From: a virus | Lineage: Duplodnaviria; Heunggongvirae; Uroviricota; Caudoviricetes | Reading direction: 5' to 3' (one strand) | DNA: 64,000 nt | Virus record (IMG/VR): IMGVR_UViG_3300009744_000018 | Shown: piece after piece, positions 47,196 through 56,094 of the stretch | Layout: every line of letters begins with the position of its first letter | Position numbering within the stretch: the stretch's first letter is position 1 | Made by a program: the position numbers and the translations under genes | Notes under the pieces: model-generated | The model's input: the letters and a program-made list of their open reading frames with translations, nothing else | The model's database searches: none | What the model was told of the DNA's origin: nothing

Positions 47196-47615
47196 TTAAA
47201 TTTCTAATTCATTTTCTAAAATAGTTCTTGTCTTATCGGTTAATTTAATTTTTTCTTTATTATTTAAGTAATACTCTTTGGCTGTGTCACCAAATTTCAA
47301 ACTCATAGCCTCCCAGTCAACTACCATTTGTTGAATATATTTTAGTGGTATCTCCATAGGTTTTCCCTGTGGGCCTATCCAGTGATTCCAATGGTGAGGA
47401 TTATTATAATAGTGGTGTCTCCATGCCATCTCAAATCGGTGCTTGTATTTTTCTTTATCTTTATAAAAATATCCTGCATAAGCCCAAAATTCGCTACCAG
47501 TTAATTTAGATAAATCATGGGTAAAAGCATGAACGAACATACCCTTACCCATTGCAATTTTAAAAACATTCCATTTGTGTTCTAAAACATAAAGTAAATA
47601 TTTTAAAATATACAT
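47196..47615 (-). CDS. Hypothetical His/Trp-rich protein
   Basis: 139-aa ORF (WRHHYYNNPHHWNHW); no assignable family. Confidence 0.4.
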   Translation of the reverse strand: MYILKYLLYVLEHKWNVFKIAMGKGMFVHAFTHDLSKLTGSEFWAYAGYFYKDKEKYKHRFEMAWRHHYYNNPHHWNHWIGPQGKPMEIPLKYIQQMVVDWEAMSLKFGDTAKEYYLNNKEKIKLTDKTRTILENELEI

Positions 47616-47618
47616 TTA

Positions 47619-50600
47619 CTAACCCTCATATCCGTTTTCAGCATCACACTTAGGACAGAATTCGTGTTCTCCTGGCAGATACCCATGTATTGGACAAATA
47701 CTAAAAGTAGGAGTAATAGAGTAATAAGGAAGTTCATAATTTTCAGCAACTCTTTTAACAAACTTTTTGGTAGCCTCTATTCCAGGCATTCTCTCTCCTA
47801 GAAATAAATGTAAAACTGTTCCTCCTGTATAATTTTTCTGAAGTTCATCCTGCCAATCTAAAGCTTCAAAAGGGTCGTCTGTAGCCCCTACAGGTAGCTG
47901 AGTTGAATTAGTGTAATACGGGTCAGCATCTTCTGTATAAACCCTTTTATCATTAGCAAAAACAGCTTCTTCTTTCCCAAACTTATCAAGGTCTGATTTG
48001 GCCAATCTATAGCTTGTTCCTTCAGCTGGAGTAGCTTCAAGGTTAAAAAGGTCACTTGTTTCTTCCTGGTACTCCACCATTCTTTCTTTCATTTTGTACA
48101 TAACCCATTTAGTAAATTTAATAGCTTCATGTTCTGTCATATCTTTTCCTAAGAAATTCATAACAGATTCATTCATTCCATTTAATCCGATTGTATTAAA
48201 GTGATTTTTCCAGTACTCTCCAAAACGTTCCTTAATACTTCTTAGATAAAACTTAGAATAAGGGTAAAGACCTGCATCTGTTAACTCTTCTAAAATTCTT
48301 CTTTTAATTTCTAAACTTTCTTTTGCAATATCCATTAATTCATAGACTCTCTCTAAATAATCATCAGTATTTTCTGCTAAAAGTCCAATTCTGGGCATAT
48401 TAAGTGTTACTACACCGATAGAGCCTGTCATAGGCGATGAGCCGAATAAACCTCCTCCTCGCTTTCTTAATTGCCGATTATCAAGGCGCAGCCTGCAGTT
48501 ATGAGTCAAGATTCCAGTTGTGCCAACCGTAAACATTGGTTCTCCATCTTTGACTTCAAAACAATAAGCCGTTTGTTTTTCTTTTAGTTTTTCAACTTTA
48601 TCTATTTTCATCCACAGTTTTGAGTCTTTTTTAAACCAAACGTCGCCATAACTATTTCTATTTAATTTGTAAAATAAAACAGCATAATTTGGATTATCTC
48701 CTAGTCTTCCATCACTTTTTTTTCTGTCATCAGTATAAACATTGGTTGTTGTTCCCAGAGTAGCAGCTAACATATTTAAGCTTTCTACCATTTTTTCTGA
48801 TGATGTATAAATTCTATTTTTGTTTCCTCCATCAGTTTCATAATAGCCATCAAATAATCCTGTTCTAAAGTGTTTGCTCATTTCAAAAACATTTGCTTTG
48901 AAGTATTTATTTAATGCATTATCCCCATCAACAAAACTTTCAATCATTGATTTTACTGCTGGATTATATGTTGAAAGTTTAACTACATTATTTTTTTCTT
49001 CTTTTTCGGTAAATTTAGCCCCAAAAAGTTTAGTCAGTATTTCTTTTAAATTTTCAAGCACTGTTAGCTTGGTATTATTATTTAAAGAAAAAACAGTTCC
49101 TGTATTTTTATCACAGCTTCCGTCTCCTGCAAAAGCTCCTATTAAATAGCCAAGGTCATAAGTTCCTCCTTCGCCTTTAAAACTTGTTAAGCTATAAGGT
49201 AGATAATAACCTTCTTTTAAGTCTTTTCCTGACATTTCTTCAATATCTTTATTTTTATTTTTGATAACAAAATTTAAATGTTCTTCAGTCATCTTTATCT
49301 CATGCCCGTTAACCAATCTTACATTTATCATATTTTGATTTTCAAACTTATTGAATCGACCTTCTATAAATTTACCATCAGAATAGACTAATATATCATC
49401 ATTATCTTTAGTGTCATAATATGTGTGGTTAATTTGGGAGTATCTTACATTGTCATCACCTGTTTTAACTAATACCTTTTCTTTTCCGTCAAGTGGACAC
49501 ATTGAGCGAGCGTCTTCAGCTTTCATATCGGAATTGACGAAGTTCGCAAAATATGGAATTCCGTACTTGGCTGTCATTTCCCAAACAGGATTTAATATTT
49601 CGTTATCCCAATCAAAATCTGGAGTAATGTTATAAGTAGGAATAGGGAAAGAAAATACTCTTCCTTTTGAATCTCCCGCCAGCATAACCTCAGCAAAAGC
49701 CTTGTTAATCATGTCCATTTCCTTCTGGAAATTTTTAAGCGGCATGTCATAAAGCATTTCGCCACCAATAATAGCTGGGTCCTCTGCCATATTTGATGGA
49801 CAAACTAAATCCATAGTTAAATTTGTAAAAGGACTTTGAAATCCAACCCGTGTCGGTACATTTAAATTAAAAATAAATTCCTGCATAGCCTGATAAACTT
49901 CATCATAATCAAGTCCATCATAAGATACAAACGGTGCAAGATAAGTATCGAAACTTGAAAAAGCTTGAGCTCCAGAACTCTCTCCCTGTAAAGTATATAA
50001 AAAATTAACCATTTGTCCTAAAGCAGTTCTGAAGTGTTTTGGTGGTGCCGACTCTATCTTGGTTGACACTCCTGAAAAACCTTCCAATAATAAATCCTGA
50101 AGGTCCCATCCACAACAGTAATTACTTAAATTAGCAAGGTCGTGAATGTGCAAATCTCCACTTACATGCTTTTCTTTAATGTGTTTAGGGTAAATTTCAT
50201 TTAACCAATAATGGCCTGTCACCTCGCTTGCTATATGATTATTTAAACCCTGAAGACTATAACCCATATTGGAGTTCTCATTAACTTTCCAATTGCTTAA
50301 ATCAAGGTAATTATTAACTGTATCATTTATTCCATTGTATAGTTTTTGAGCATCTCTATACTTTTCATGCTGCTTTCTATATAATATATAGTTTTTTGCT
50401 ATTTCATAATGTCTGTTTTCCATTAATTCATACTCAACAATATCCTGTAAAGTCTCAACATTAACAGAGTTTAATCCAGAACTAATCATTCCACTTATAT
50501 TATCTTCTATTTCTTCAACAATATTATTTGCAACAAAATTCCAAAAATCTTCACCTTTTTTTTCTGCTGTTGCCTTCGCTGCTTTATAAACTGCATCTTT

Positions 50601-50660
50601 AATTTTTTTATTTTTATATTCTACTTTTCTTCCGTCTCTTTTAATTACATAAAACGACAT
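47619..50660 (-). CDS. nrdD: Anaerobic ribonucleoside-triphosphate reductase NrdD (ATP-cone plus class III RNR), contains an intein; ORF ends before the glycyl-radical motif
   Basis: N-terminal ATP-cone (VIKRDGRKVEY), GDLHIHDL, and a C-terminal Zn-ribbon CPIHGY..CPKC. There is no RVxG(Y/F) Gly-radical motif. The intein is at residues 388-721. Confidence 0.8.
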   Translation of the reverse strand: MSFYVIKRDGRKVEYKNKKIKDAVYKAAKATAEKKGEDFWNFVANNIVEEIEDNISGMISSGLNSVNVETLQDIVEYELMENRHYEIAKNYILYRKQHEKYRDAQKLYNGINDTVNNYLDLSNWKVNENSNMGYSLQGLNNHIASEVTGHYWLNEIYPKHIKEKHVSGDLHIHDLANLSNYCCGWDLQDLLLEGFSGVSTKIESAPPKHFRTALGQMVNFLYTLQGESSGAQAFSSFDTYLAPFVSYDGLDYDEVYQAMQEFIFNLNVPTRVGFQSPFTNLTMDLVCPSNMAEDPAIIGGEMLYDMPLKNFQKEMDMINKAFAEVMLAGDSKGRVFSFPIPTYNITPDFDWDNEILNPVWEMTAKYGIPYFANFVNSDMKAEDARSMCPLDGKEKVLVKTGDDNVRYSQINHTYYDTKDNDDILVYSDGKFIEGRFNKFENQNMINVRLVNGHEIKMTEEHLNFVIKNKNKDIEEMSGKDLKEGYYLPYSLTSFKGEGGTYDLGYLIGAFAGDGSCDKNTGTVFSLNNNTKLTVLENLKEILTKLFGAKFTEKEEKNNVVKLSTYNPAVKSMIESFVDGDNALNKYFKANVFEMSKHFRTGLFDGYYETDGGNKNRIYTSSEKMVESLNMLAATLGTTTNVYTDDRKKSDGRLGDNPNYAVLFYKLNRNSYGDVWFKKDSKLWMKIDKVEKLKEKQTAYCFEVKDGEPMFTVGTTGILTHNCRLRLDNRQLRKRGGGLFGSSPMTGSIGVVTLNMPRIGLLAENTDDYLERVYELMDIAKESLEIKRRILEELTDAGLYPYSKFYLRSIKERFGEYWKNHFNTIGLNGMNESVMNFLGKDMTEHEAIKFTKWVMYKMKERMVEYQEETSDLFNLEATPAEGTSYRLAKSDLDKFGKEEAVFANDKRVYTEDADPYYTNSTQLPVGATDDPFEALDWQDELQKNYTGGTVLHLFLGERMPGIEATKKFVKRVAENYELPYYSITPTFSICPIHGYLPGEHEFCPKCDAENGYEG
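48498..49499 (-). mobile_element. Intein (334 aa) with LAGLIDADG endonuclease domain within NrdD
   Basis: Inserted in the conserved ..DARSM|C..: it begins with Cys (CPLDGKEKVLV) and ends ..GILTHN, followed by Cys of CRLRLD. LAGLIDADG-like motifs LIGAFAGDGS and LFDGYYETDGG. It is in-frame with no stops. Confidence 0.7.
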
Positions 50661-50672
50661 TTTACTCCCCCT

Positions 50673-51047
50673 TTAAATTATTAACCGTTTATTTTTTACT
50701 TTCTGTTTTTTATTTATTACTATTTTTTTATCTTTAAGGTCTTCGTTTAAGTTTACATTATAAAATCTTTTATAAAGCTTTGAGGCCTCATCATTTAGGC
50801 AATCTTTTACATTTTGGCCACATGTTTTATGATTATAAAGGCAGTCTGAACAAAAAACACTTATAGATTCTTCTTCACTTCTCTCGTTTTTATAATCATC
50901 ACTAATATTTAAATTATTGATTTTACACTTTATAGCATTTTCAGTCCTGTTTATAACTTTAGACAATTCTTTAGCTGAAAGCCTTGGATATTGCAGAAGA
51001 TAAAACATTTCTGTAGCTGTCCATCTCTTAGAAGCCATACATATCAT
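50673..51047 (-). CDS. Hypothetical Cys-containing protein
   Basis: 124-aa ORF. Confidence 0.35.
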   Translation of the reverse strand: MICMASKRWTATEMFYLLQYPRLSAKELSKVINRTENAIKCKINNLNISDDYKNERSEEESISVFCSDCLYNHKTCGQNVKDCLNDEASKLYKRFYNVNLNEDLKDKKIVINKKQKVKNKRLII

Positions 51048-51050
51048 CCC

Positions 51051-51887
51051 TTATTTTATATTTTTTAATCTTCTATAGATTGTCATCGGAGTTTTATCCA
51101 GCATATCTCCTATTTCTTCAACAGTTTTGTTATTAACTAAGTACTCATTAGCTATTATTTTATTCTCTATGTTCTTATCTTTTATTTTTTCAAGTTTATT
51201 TCTGATAGTATTAATCCTTCTTGAAATTGATGATTTAGATTTTCCTAATCTCTCACCTATTTCGTCTAAGATTAAATGGTCTTCAAATCTTAGTTTTAAA
51301 ATTAACCTTTCTTCAATTGTTAAATCAGAAAATCTATTGTTGCATGTATTTCCATTAACCCAATCTCTATCAATACTTGTTTTTGAAACTTCATCTTTTT
51401 CTGTGACTAAAAATGGATTTTGCATAGGCCACTTTTCTATATTATCTGATAAAGGTTCTGTCTTTACATTGTCTACTGTATTGTTTTTTAGTATATAAGG
51501 AAAATAAATTGACAAGAAATAATCAAATGGACTTTCAACTTCTTTTCTTTCATCATATTCTGATATATCAAAAACATCTAAAGAAATTAAAAAAGATAAT
51601 TTTACATCCTGATAGACATCTTCAAAATCATATGCTGAATATATTGCGTTAATAACACTTACAACATTGGTTAATTCTTCTACTGAAGAGCTGCCTCCTG
51701 GCTGAAGAAGTCTAAGAAAGTTTTTAACTGAAGTGTTGCTTTTATAAGAGCCGTGATAAATAAGCGAAACAAAGTTTTTTATGAATGCATCATACATGTC
51801 TAAAAGTTTTTGTCCTGACTCTTTATTTCCTTTTTTGTATTCTTCTATTAGCTTTAGTTTTTCACTCATCATAATTTCCCTCTTCAA
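51051..51887 (-). CDS. Sigma-70 region-4-containing putative sigma factor / transcription regulator
   Basis: LTIEERLILKLRFEDHLILDEIGERLGKSKSSISRRINTIRNKL resembles sigma-70 region 4. A second C-terminal HTH is TVEEIGDMLDKTPMTIYRRLKNI. Confidence 0.5.
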   Translation of the reverse strand: MKREIMMSEKLKLIEEYKKGNKESGQKLLDMYDAFIKNFVSLIYHGSYKSNTSVKNFLRLLQPGGSSSVEELTNVVSVINAIYSAYDFEDVYQDVKLSFLISLDVFDISEYDERKEVESPFDYFLSIYFPYILKNNTVDNVKTEPLSDNIEKWPMQNPFLVTEKDEVSKTSIDRDWVNGNTCNNRFSDLTIEERLILKLRFEDHLILDEIGERLGKSKSSISRRINTIRNKLEKIKDKNIENKIIANEYLVNNKTVEEIGDMLDKTPMTIYRRLKNIK

Positions 51888-52155
51888 AATCTTCTATTAA
51901 CTTCCTCAAAGTATCTTCTATATTTCCATTGTAATCTCCAGAAAACCCATCATCCAAACCTTTATCAACTAACAAGTTTGTTTCCGCACTATCAAAAGGA
52001 TTAAAAAATAAAAATTCAATCTCAGTCCCTAAAGTTTGACTTTCTTTGTCTACCTGTCCTAACATGCATAAAAAATCTTTAATATCCTGTGGGTGTTCAG
52101 AAAAAATTTCATCAAAGCTCATTTCTACATCGAAATTATCAAAATTAAATTTCAT
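51862..52155 (-). CDS. Hypothetical acidic protein
   Basis: 97-aa ORF. Confidence 0.35.
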   Translation of the reverse strand: MKFNFDNFDVEMSFDEIFSEHPQDIKDFLCMLGQVDKESQTLGTEIEFLFFNPFDSAETNLLVDKGLDDGFSGDYNGNIEDTLRKLIEDFEEGNYDE

Positions 52156-52170
52156 TTATTATCACGCCTT

Positions 52171-52734
52171 CTATATTTTTTGCCCCTTTTTCTTATTGAA
52201 AAGAAAAGAAAGTGCGATTCCTATAGCATCTGCTTTATCATTTTCTTTCTTAAAATTTAACCCTAAATCAAAGTATTCATTTATTGCTTCTGTCATCTCT
52301 TCCTTTGAAGCTCTTCCATTTCCTGAAGCTATTTTTTTTACACTTGTAGGATAATATAAGTACATATCTTTTTGATACATCTCTGCTAAAAACATGCAAA
52401 CCCCTCTTACATGACTTAATCTTTTTAAAGTTTTAGGGTTAAGAGAGCTGTATTGGTCTTCAATACTTATTATTTCAGGCTTATAAAATTTAATAATTTT
52501 TTCTAGCTGTTCATATATTTGATAAAATCTTTTTCTATCTGTCTTATCCGAATCTGTTTCTATATTGTCATAATCTAAAAGCTCTGGTTTGTAGTTACCT
52601 TTAAACAAACTTTCTTCTTTTTCAGGTGTTATTATATTTACAAGTTCGTCTTCCTCATATTCCAAAACTGCCCAGCCGGTGCTGGTGATGCTCGGGTCAA
52701 TCCCTAGTATCCTCTTTTTCATCTTCTGTATCAT
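52171..52734 (-). CDS. ruvC: RuvC-like Holliday junction resolvase
   Basis: KRILGIDPSITSTGWAVLE matches RuvC (iILGIDPGsrvtGygV); 187 aa. Confidence 0.7.
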   Translation of the reverse strand: MIQKMKKRILGIDPSITSTGWAVLEYEEDELVNIITPEKEESLFKGNYKPELLDYDNIETDSDKTDRKRFYQIYEQLEKIIKFYKPEIISIEDQYSSLNPKTLKRLSHVRGVCMFLAEMYQKDMYLYYPTSVKKIASGNGRASKEEMTEAINEYFDLGLNFKKENDKADAIGIALSFLFNKKKGQKI

Positions 52735-52852
52735 CTACTTCCTCTTTGTTTTTTTCTTCGTCTGATTCAGATTCTGATAAATTACCTGACCATTCATCGC
52801 CAATCTTTAAGCCTTTTTCTTGGTCTTCAATTATATTGATTTTTTTTGACAT
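52697..52852 (-). CDS. Small acidic protein (51 aa), overlaps the ruvC start in another frame
   Basis: Strong RBS GGAGGTGATTTTA before the ATG. The product is MSKKINIIEDQEKGLKIGDEWSGNLSESESDEEKNKEEVDDTEDEKEDTRD. Confidence 0.3.
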   Translation of the reverse strand: MSKKINIIEDQEKGLKIGDEWSGNLSESESDEEKNKEEVDDTEDEKEDTRD

Positions 52853-52857
52853 TAAAA

Positions 52858-53601
52858 TCACCTCCCGCGCCAGTTATAGCAAATATCACTGTATGCACAT
52901 GCTTTACATAAATAGTTTATATTCTGCCAGTAGAGCTCCTGGTCTATAATCTCTGCAATATTATCTAAAGTAGCAACCATTTTTTTAAACTGCCAGTTGC
53001 TTCTATATATCTCTAAAAATCTACCTTTTCTTACGCTGTTGTAAATAAATTTATCTTCTTTTTGTTTAAATATATTTCTAAATCCATAACTCATAAGAGA
53101 AAATTTAAGGTCGTTATTTTTTCTAAAAGTATCAGGATTATGAGAAGCATTACTAAAATACATTATGTGAGTTTTTTTATTTACCATTTTTACAAGCTGT
53201 AAATTGCAATTTGTAATTTTGTGATTTTCTAGTTCTACATCAAACTTTTCATTCACAGCTATTGGAATCCCTGGATTATCTCTGTGTTTAATGTAAAACT
53301 TTTTTATAAATTCTCCTGGGTATTGCTGTGTATATCTCTTTTTTTGCTGACTTGTTTTGAATTTTAAAAACTCTTCCTTTTCAGCAAATTGAGTTCCATA
53401 AAAATTTTTTAATTCAGTTTCTGAAGGTATTCTTTCTTCTTCAAGTATTGTGTTATAAAAAAAGTAAATAGTATTTGTTAATATGTCGTCTATTACTTTT
53501 CTGCCCATGTAGCTTTCAACCTTGTCTTTTCTTTGATGCTTGAAAAGATATAAGGCAGGACATGCTAAAAAATCTAATAGTGCTTGATATTCTATTTCCA
53601 A
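52858..53601 (-). CDS. Cas4/RecB-like PD-(D/E)xK nuclease with probable Fe-S cluster
   Basis: An N-terminal Cys (DFLACPALY) plus a C-terminal CxxCxxxxxC (CKACAYSDICYNW). That gives four Cys ligands in the Cas4 arrangement. Confidence 0.4.
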   Translation of the reverse strand: MEIEYQALLDFLACPALYLFKHQRKDKVESYMGRKVIDDILTNTIYFFYNTILEEERIPSETELKNFYGTQFAEKEEFLKFKTSQQKKRYTQQYPGEFIKKFYIKHRDNPGIPIAVNEKFDVELENHKITNCNLQLVKMVNKKTHIMYFSNASHNPDTFRKNNDLKFSLMSYGFRNIFKQKEDKFIYNSVRKGRFLEIYRSNWQFKKMVATLDNIAEIIDQELYWQNINYLCKACAYSDICYNWRGR

Positions 53602-53652
53602 TTAATTCACCTCATATTATGTTGATTTGTTTATTTTACTTCACTAAACTAA

Positions 53653-54318
53653 TTATAACACAAATCCGTCCACTTTTAAAGTTTTTATCTCTTTTAATAT
53701 TTTATCGGTTGATTCTTCTATTGAATGAAGGCTTGAGTTAATTATTACTTTGGTGTAATCAAGCATTTTTAAATTATGATTTTTAGTTAGAGTTATAAAC
53801 TTTCTATTTAATCCGTCCCAATCATAATTGTATTTTTCCATAAAGGTATCTGCTTCATTACTGATAAATGGTTCGTTAGCTATCATTATAACGCCCATAT
53901 CCGGAGTTGGAAATCCTAACATCTCTTCTATCTTAAATAAATCTTTGTAGTCTAAAACTCCCTTTTCCATGCACTGATAGACAGCTGTTGAAAGGTCGTA
54001 TCTATCACTTAATATTATAGTGTTGTCATCATTTCCTTTTTCTATTAATGTTTTTGTATGTTCAGCCCTATCAGCCAGGAATATTAATGTTTCAGTTAAA
54101 GGAGATATTTTTTCATTTTTATCAAACAAAATCTTTCTTAACTTTAAACCGAACTCTGAACCTCCAGGTTCTTTAGTTGTCAATACTCTCTTATTAAAGG
54201 AAGGAGAAGCCTTCAAGGCCTCTCCCACGCTTTCTAAGAGGGTTGATTTTCCGACCCAATCGGGCCCTTCAAATACGATAAACAAACTAATCATCCTCTC
54301 TCTTTTCTGCTTCTTCAA
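53653..54318 (-). CDS. tmk: Thymidylate kinase
   Basis: IVFEGPDWVGKST (P-loop, matching Tmk I.FEG.DGSGKST) and a DRY-like LSDRY. Confidence 0.75.
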   Translation of the reverse strand: MKKQKRERMISLFIVFEGPDWVGKSTLLESVGEALKASPSFNKRVLTTKEPGGSEFGLKLRKILFDKNEKISPLTETLIFLADRAEHTKTLIEKGNDDNTIILSDRYDLSTAVYQCMEKGVLDYKDLFKIEEMLGFPTPDMGVIMIANEPFISNEADTFMEKYNYDWDGLNRKFITLTKNHNLKMLDYTKVIINSSLHSIEESTDKILKEIKTLKVDGFVL

Positions 54319-54550
54319 TTACTTTACTCATTATTTTGCCAAAATCATCTCCGTCTTCTAAATCCTCTTTGTCAAAATGCATTACAAAGTCGGGTTCTCC
54401 AGCGAATGTATACCTGTATACTTCAAAGACTATAAAACCTGAAAGCAGTGTTAAAGCTGAGTATATTAATGAGTAATTAACAAAAACGACCATTGATAAT
54501 ATTCCGAAGATTAAACCTAAGACATAGCTTATTGTTGAAACATGCGACAT
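54287..54550 (-). CDS. Small membrane protein
   Basis: Two TM helices and an acidic tail. Confidence 0.35.
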   Translation of the reverse strand: MSHVSTISYVLGLIFGILSMVVFVNYSLIYSALTLLSGFIVFEVYRYTFAGEPDFVMHFDKEDLEDGDDFGKIMSKVIEEAEKREDD

Positions 54551-54591
54551 TAAAAAAATCTCTACATTGTCTAAAAATACTAGAAATTTAT

Positions 54592-55254
54592 TTATTTTAC
54601 CACCTCCTGGTCATTTGCCAAAAAATCGGCAATATGTACTATCTTAAGAAAATCATTCTCTTTTCTATACCTTAAAGATTGAATTAAGCACTTACCCCCT
54701 GTGTGGCCTTCAATCCCCTTCATTATCAAGTCAAAAGCATCTTTATCTTCTTCGTTTGCTATCAAGTATTCATAGTCTAAAAATTTAATTCTTGGCTGAA
54801 TCAAATGCAAGTGAAAAATTTCATCTTTATCAGCAGTAGAAAATGAATCTAAAAAACAATCATGTAAAAGTGTTGCTGCAAGTACAATATCACGCTTGTA
54901 ATCGCTAATATCCCAAGCTTTAATTAGCTTTTTAGCTATTTTAAATGCCTTTTTAGAGTGGAGCACAGCTCCTCCGACACCTTCTTCATCTTCAGGAGTT
55001 TTGCCGTACTCTGATTTATTAGGCCTAAACCAAAATTCATTTGGTAAACTTTCTAAAATTTTAATAACTATAACTTTTACATTATAATTTTTGATATCAT
55101 TTATTTCACTGCCAAATACTATATTTTTTTCTTCATCTGTTAAGTTTGTTATTCCATAGATGTTTGTCATATTCTTAAGGTCAGCTTCTTCTCCTACTAA
55201 GTTTCCTTCAGCATCAACTAGTTTATCATTTACTAAGAATTTAAGGTAATTCAT
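54592..55254 (-). CDS. HD-domain phosphohydrolase-like protein
   Basis: AVLHSKKAFKIAKKLI....AATLLHDCF gives an H..HD..D pattern. Confidence 0.4.
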   Translation of the reverse strand: MNYLKFLVNDKLVDAEGNLVGEEADLKNMTNIYGITNLTDEEKNIVFGSEINDIKNYNVKVIVIKILESLPNEFWFRPNKSEYGKTPEDEEGVGGAVLHSKKAFKIAKKLIKAWDISDYKRDIVLAATLLHDCFLDSFSTADKDEIFHLHLIQPRIKFLDYEYLIANEEDKDAFDLIMKGIEGHTGGKCLIQSLRYRKENDFLKIVHIADFLANDQEVVK

Positions 55255-55275
55255 CTCTATCTTCCCCCAATAATT

Positions 55276-55593
55276 TTATATTTTATGTCTTCTTCTTACT
55301 TCTTTTGGCCAGCACTTATGACAAACAGAAGCTTCCCACTCTTTTTTTCTGTTCTGATTTACATTACCATTGTGGTCTGTCTTTACAAAAATAAGCTGTT
55401 TACCGCAGAACTTGCAGTATTTTGTGTGTCCACCATAATCTTTATCAACTCTGTCTTTTTTGTTAATTTCTTGGTTTGCTTTATCACTATTTTGTATCAT
55501 CTTTTTCCCTCTCAATCTTGAACTCAGTCTCACAACTAGGACACTGGAGCTTTTCGTAATCTTCATCTCCGAGTTTATTTGAGAAAAAATCAC
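55276..55593 (-). CDS. Basic zinc-ribbon protein
   Basis: CKFCGKQ...CHKC. Confidence 0.35.
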   Translation of the reverse strand: MIFSQINSEMKITKSSSVLVVRLSSRLRGKKMIQNSDKANQEINKKDRVDKDYGGHTKYCKFCGKQLIFVKTDHNGNVNQNRKKEWEASVCHKCWPKEVRRRHKI

Positions 55594-55741
55594 CGCATTC
55601 AGGACATTTATACAAATCTAGTTTCTCCTCTTCACACTCATCTGCTGTAGCGTAGACCTTAAGGTCTATATCGCTCTGTTTGAATGTGTTGTTTATAAAA
55701 CTCAACTTCTCCTCTACTTCTTTTTTTAAGTCCTCTCTCAT
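55487..55741 (-). CDS. Acidic zinc-ribbon protein
   Basis: CPECGDFF...CPSCETEF. Confidence 0.4.
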   Translation of the reverse strand: MREDLKKEVEEKLSFINNTFKQSDIDLKVYATADECEEEKLDLYKCPECGDFFSNKLGDEDYEKLQCPSCETEFKIEREKDDTK

Positions 55742-55974
55742 TACTCCTCCACCTTTCTAATAAGCAAATTCTTTTCTTTGGTTGAGTGAGAACAGGTAAG
55801 GACTTTGCATCTTCTACACCATTCATACTTACTATTCTTATTTTCACATCTATAATCAATAGGACAAGGGGCGTACTGAGAGCACTCAATGCCTTCATAG
55901 TAGCCATCCTTATACCTAATTACTCTTTCTCCGAACGGACCTTCAAATTCTTCATGTTTTTCTGCTACACCCAT
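55741..55974 (-). CDS. Cys-rich small protein
   Basis: Eight Cys in 77 aa (CPIDYRCEN..CRRCKVLTC). Confidence 0.35.
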   Translation of the reverse strand: MGVAEKHEEFEGPFGERVIRYKDGYYEGIECSQYAPCPIDYRCENKNSKYEWCRRCKVLTCSHSTKEKNLLIRKVEE

Positions 55975-56094
55975 CGGGTAAGCACCTCCTTAATATTAAC
56001 ACATAAACATATGTTTTGCAAGGGTCATAATCACAATTTCATCAAATTTTAAATAGCAATTTATTACATAATTCGACAACAAAGTGAATAAGCT

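Noticed and set aside
45855-47618. Considered whether ORF139, gmk and nrdG between nrdD and the Gly-radical mini-ORF form one giant intron
   Set aside because: The three genes are independent, with RBSs and conserved full-length products. No group-I features flank them. A split gene or rearrangement is more parsimonious, but only RNA data can exclude trans-splicing.
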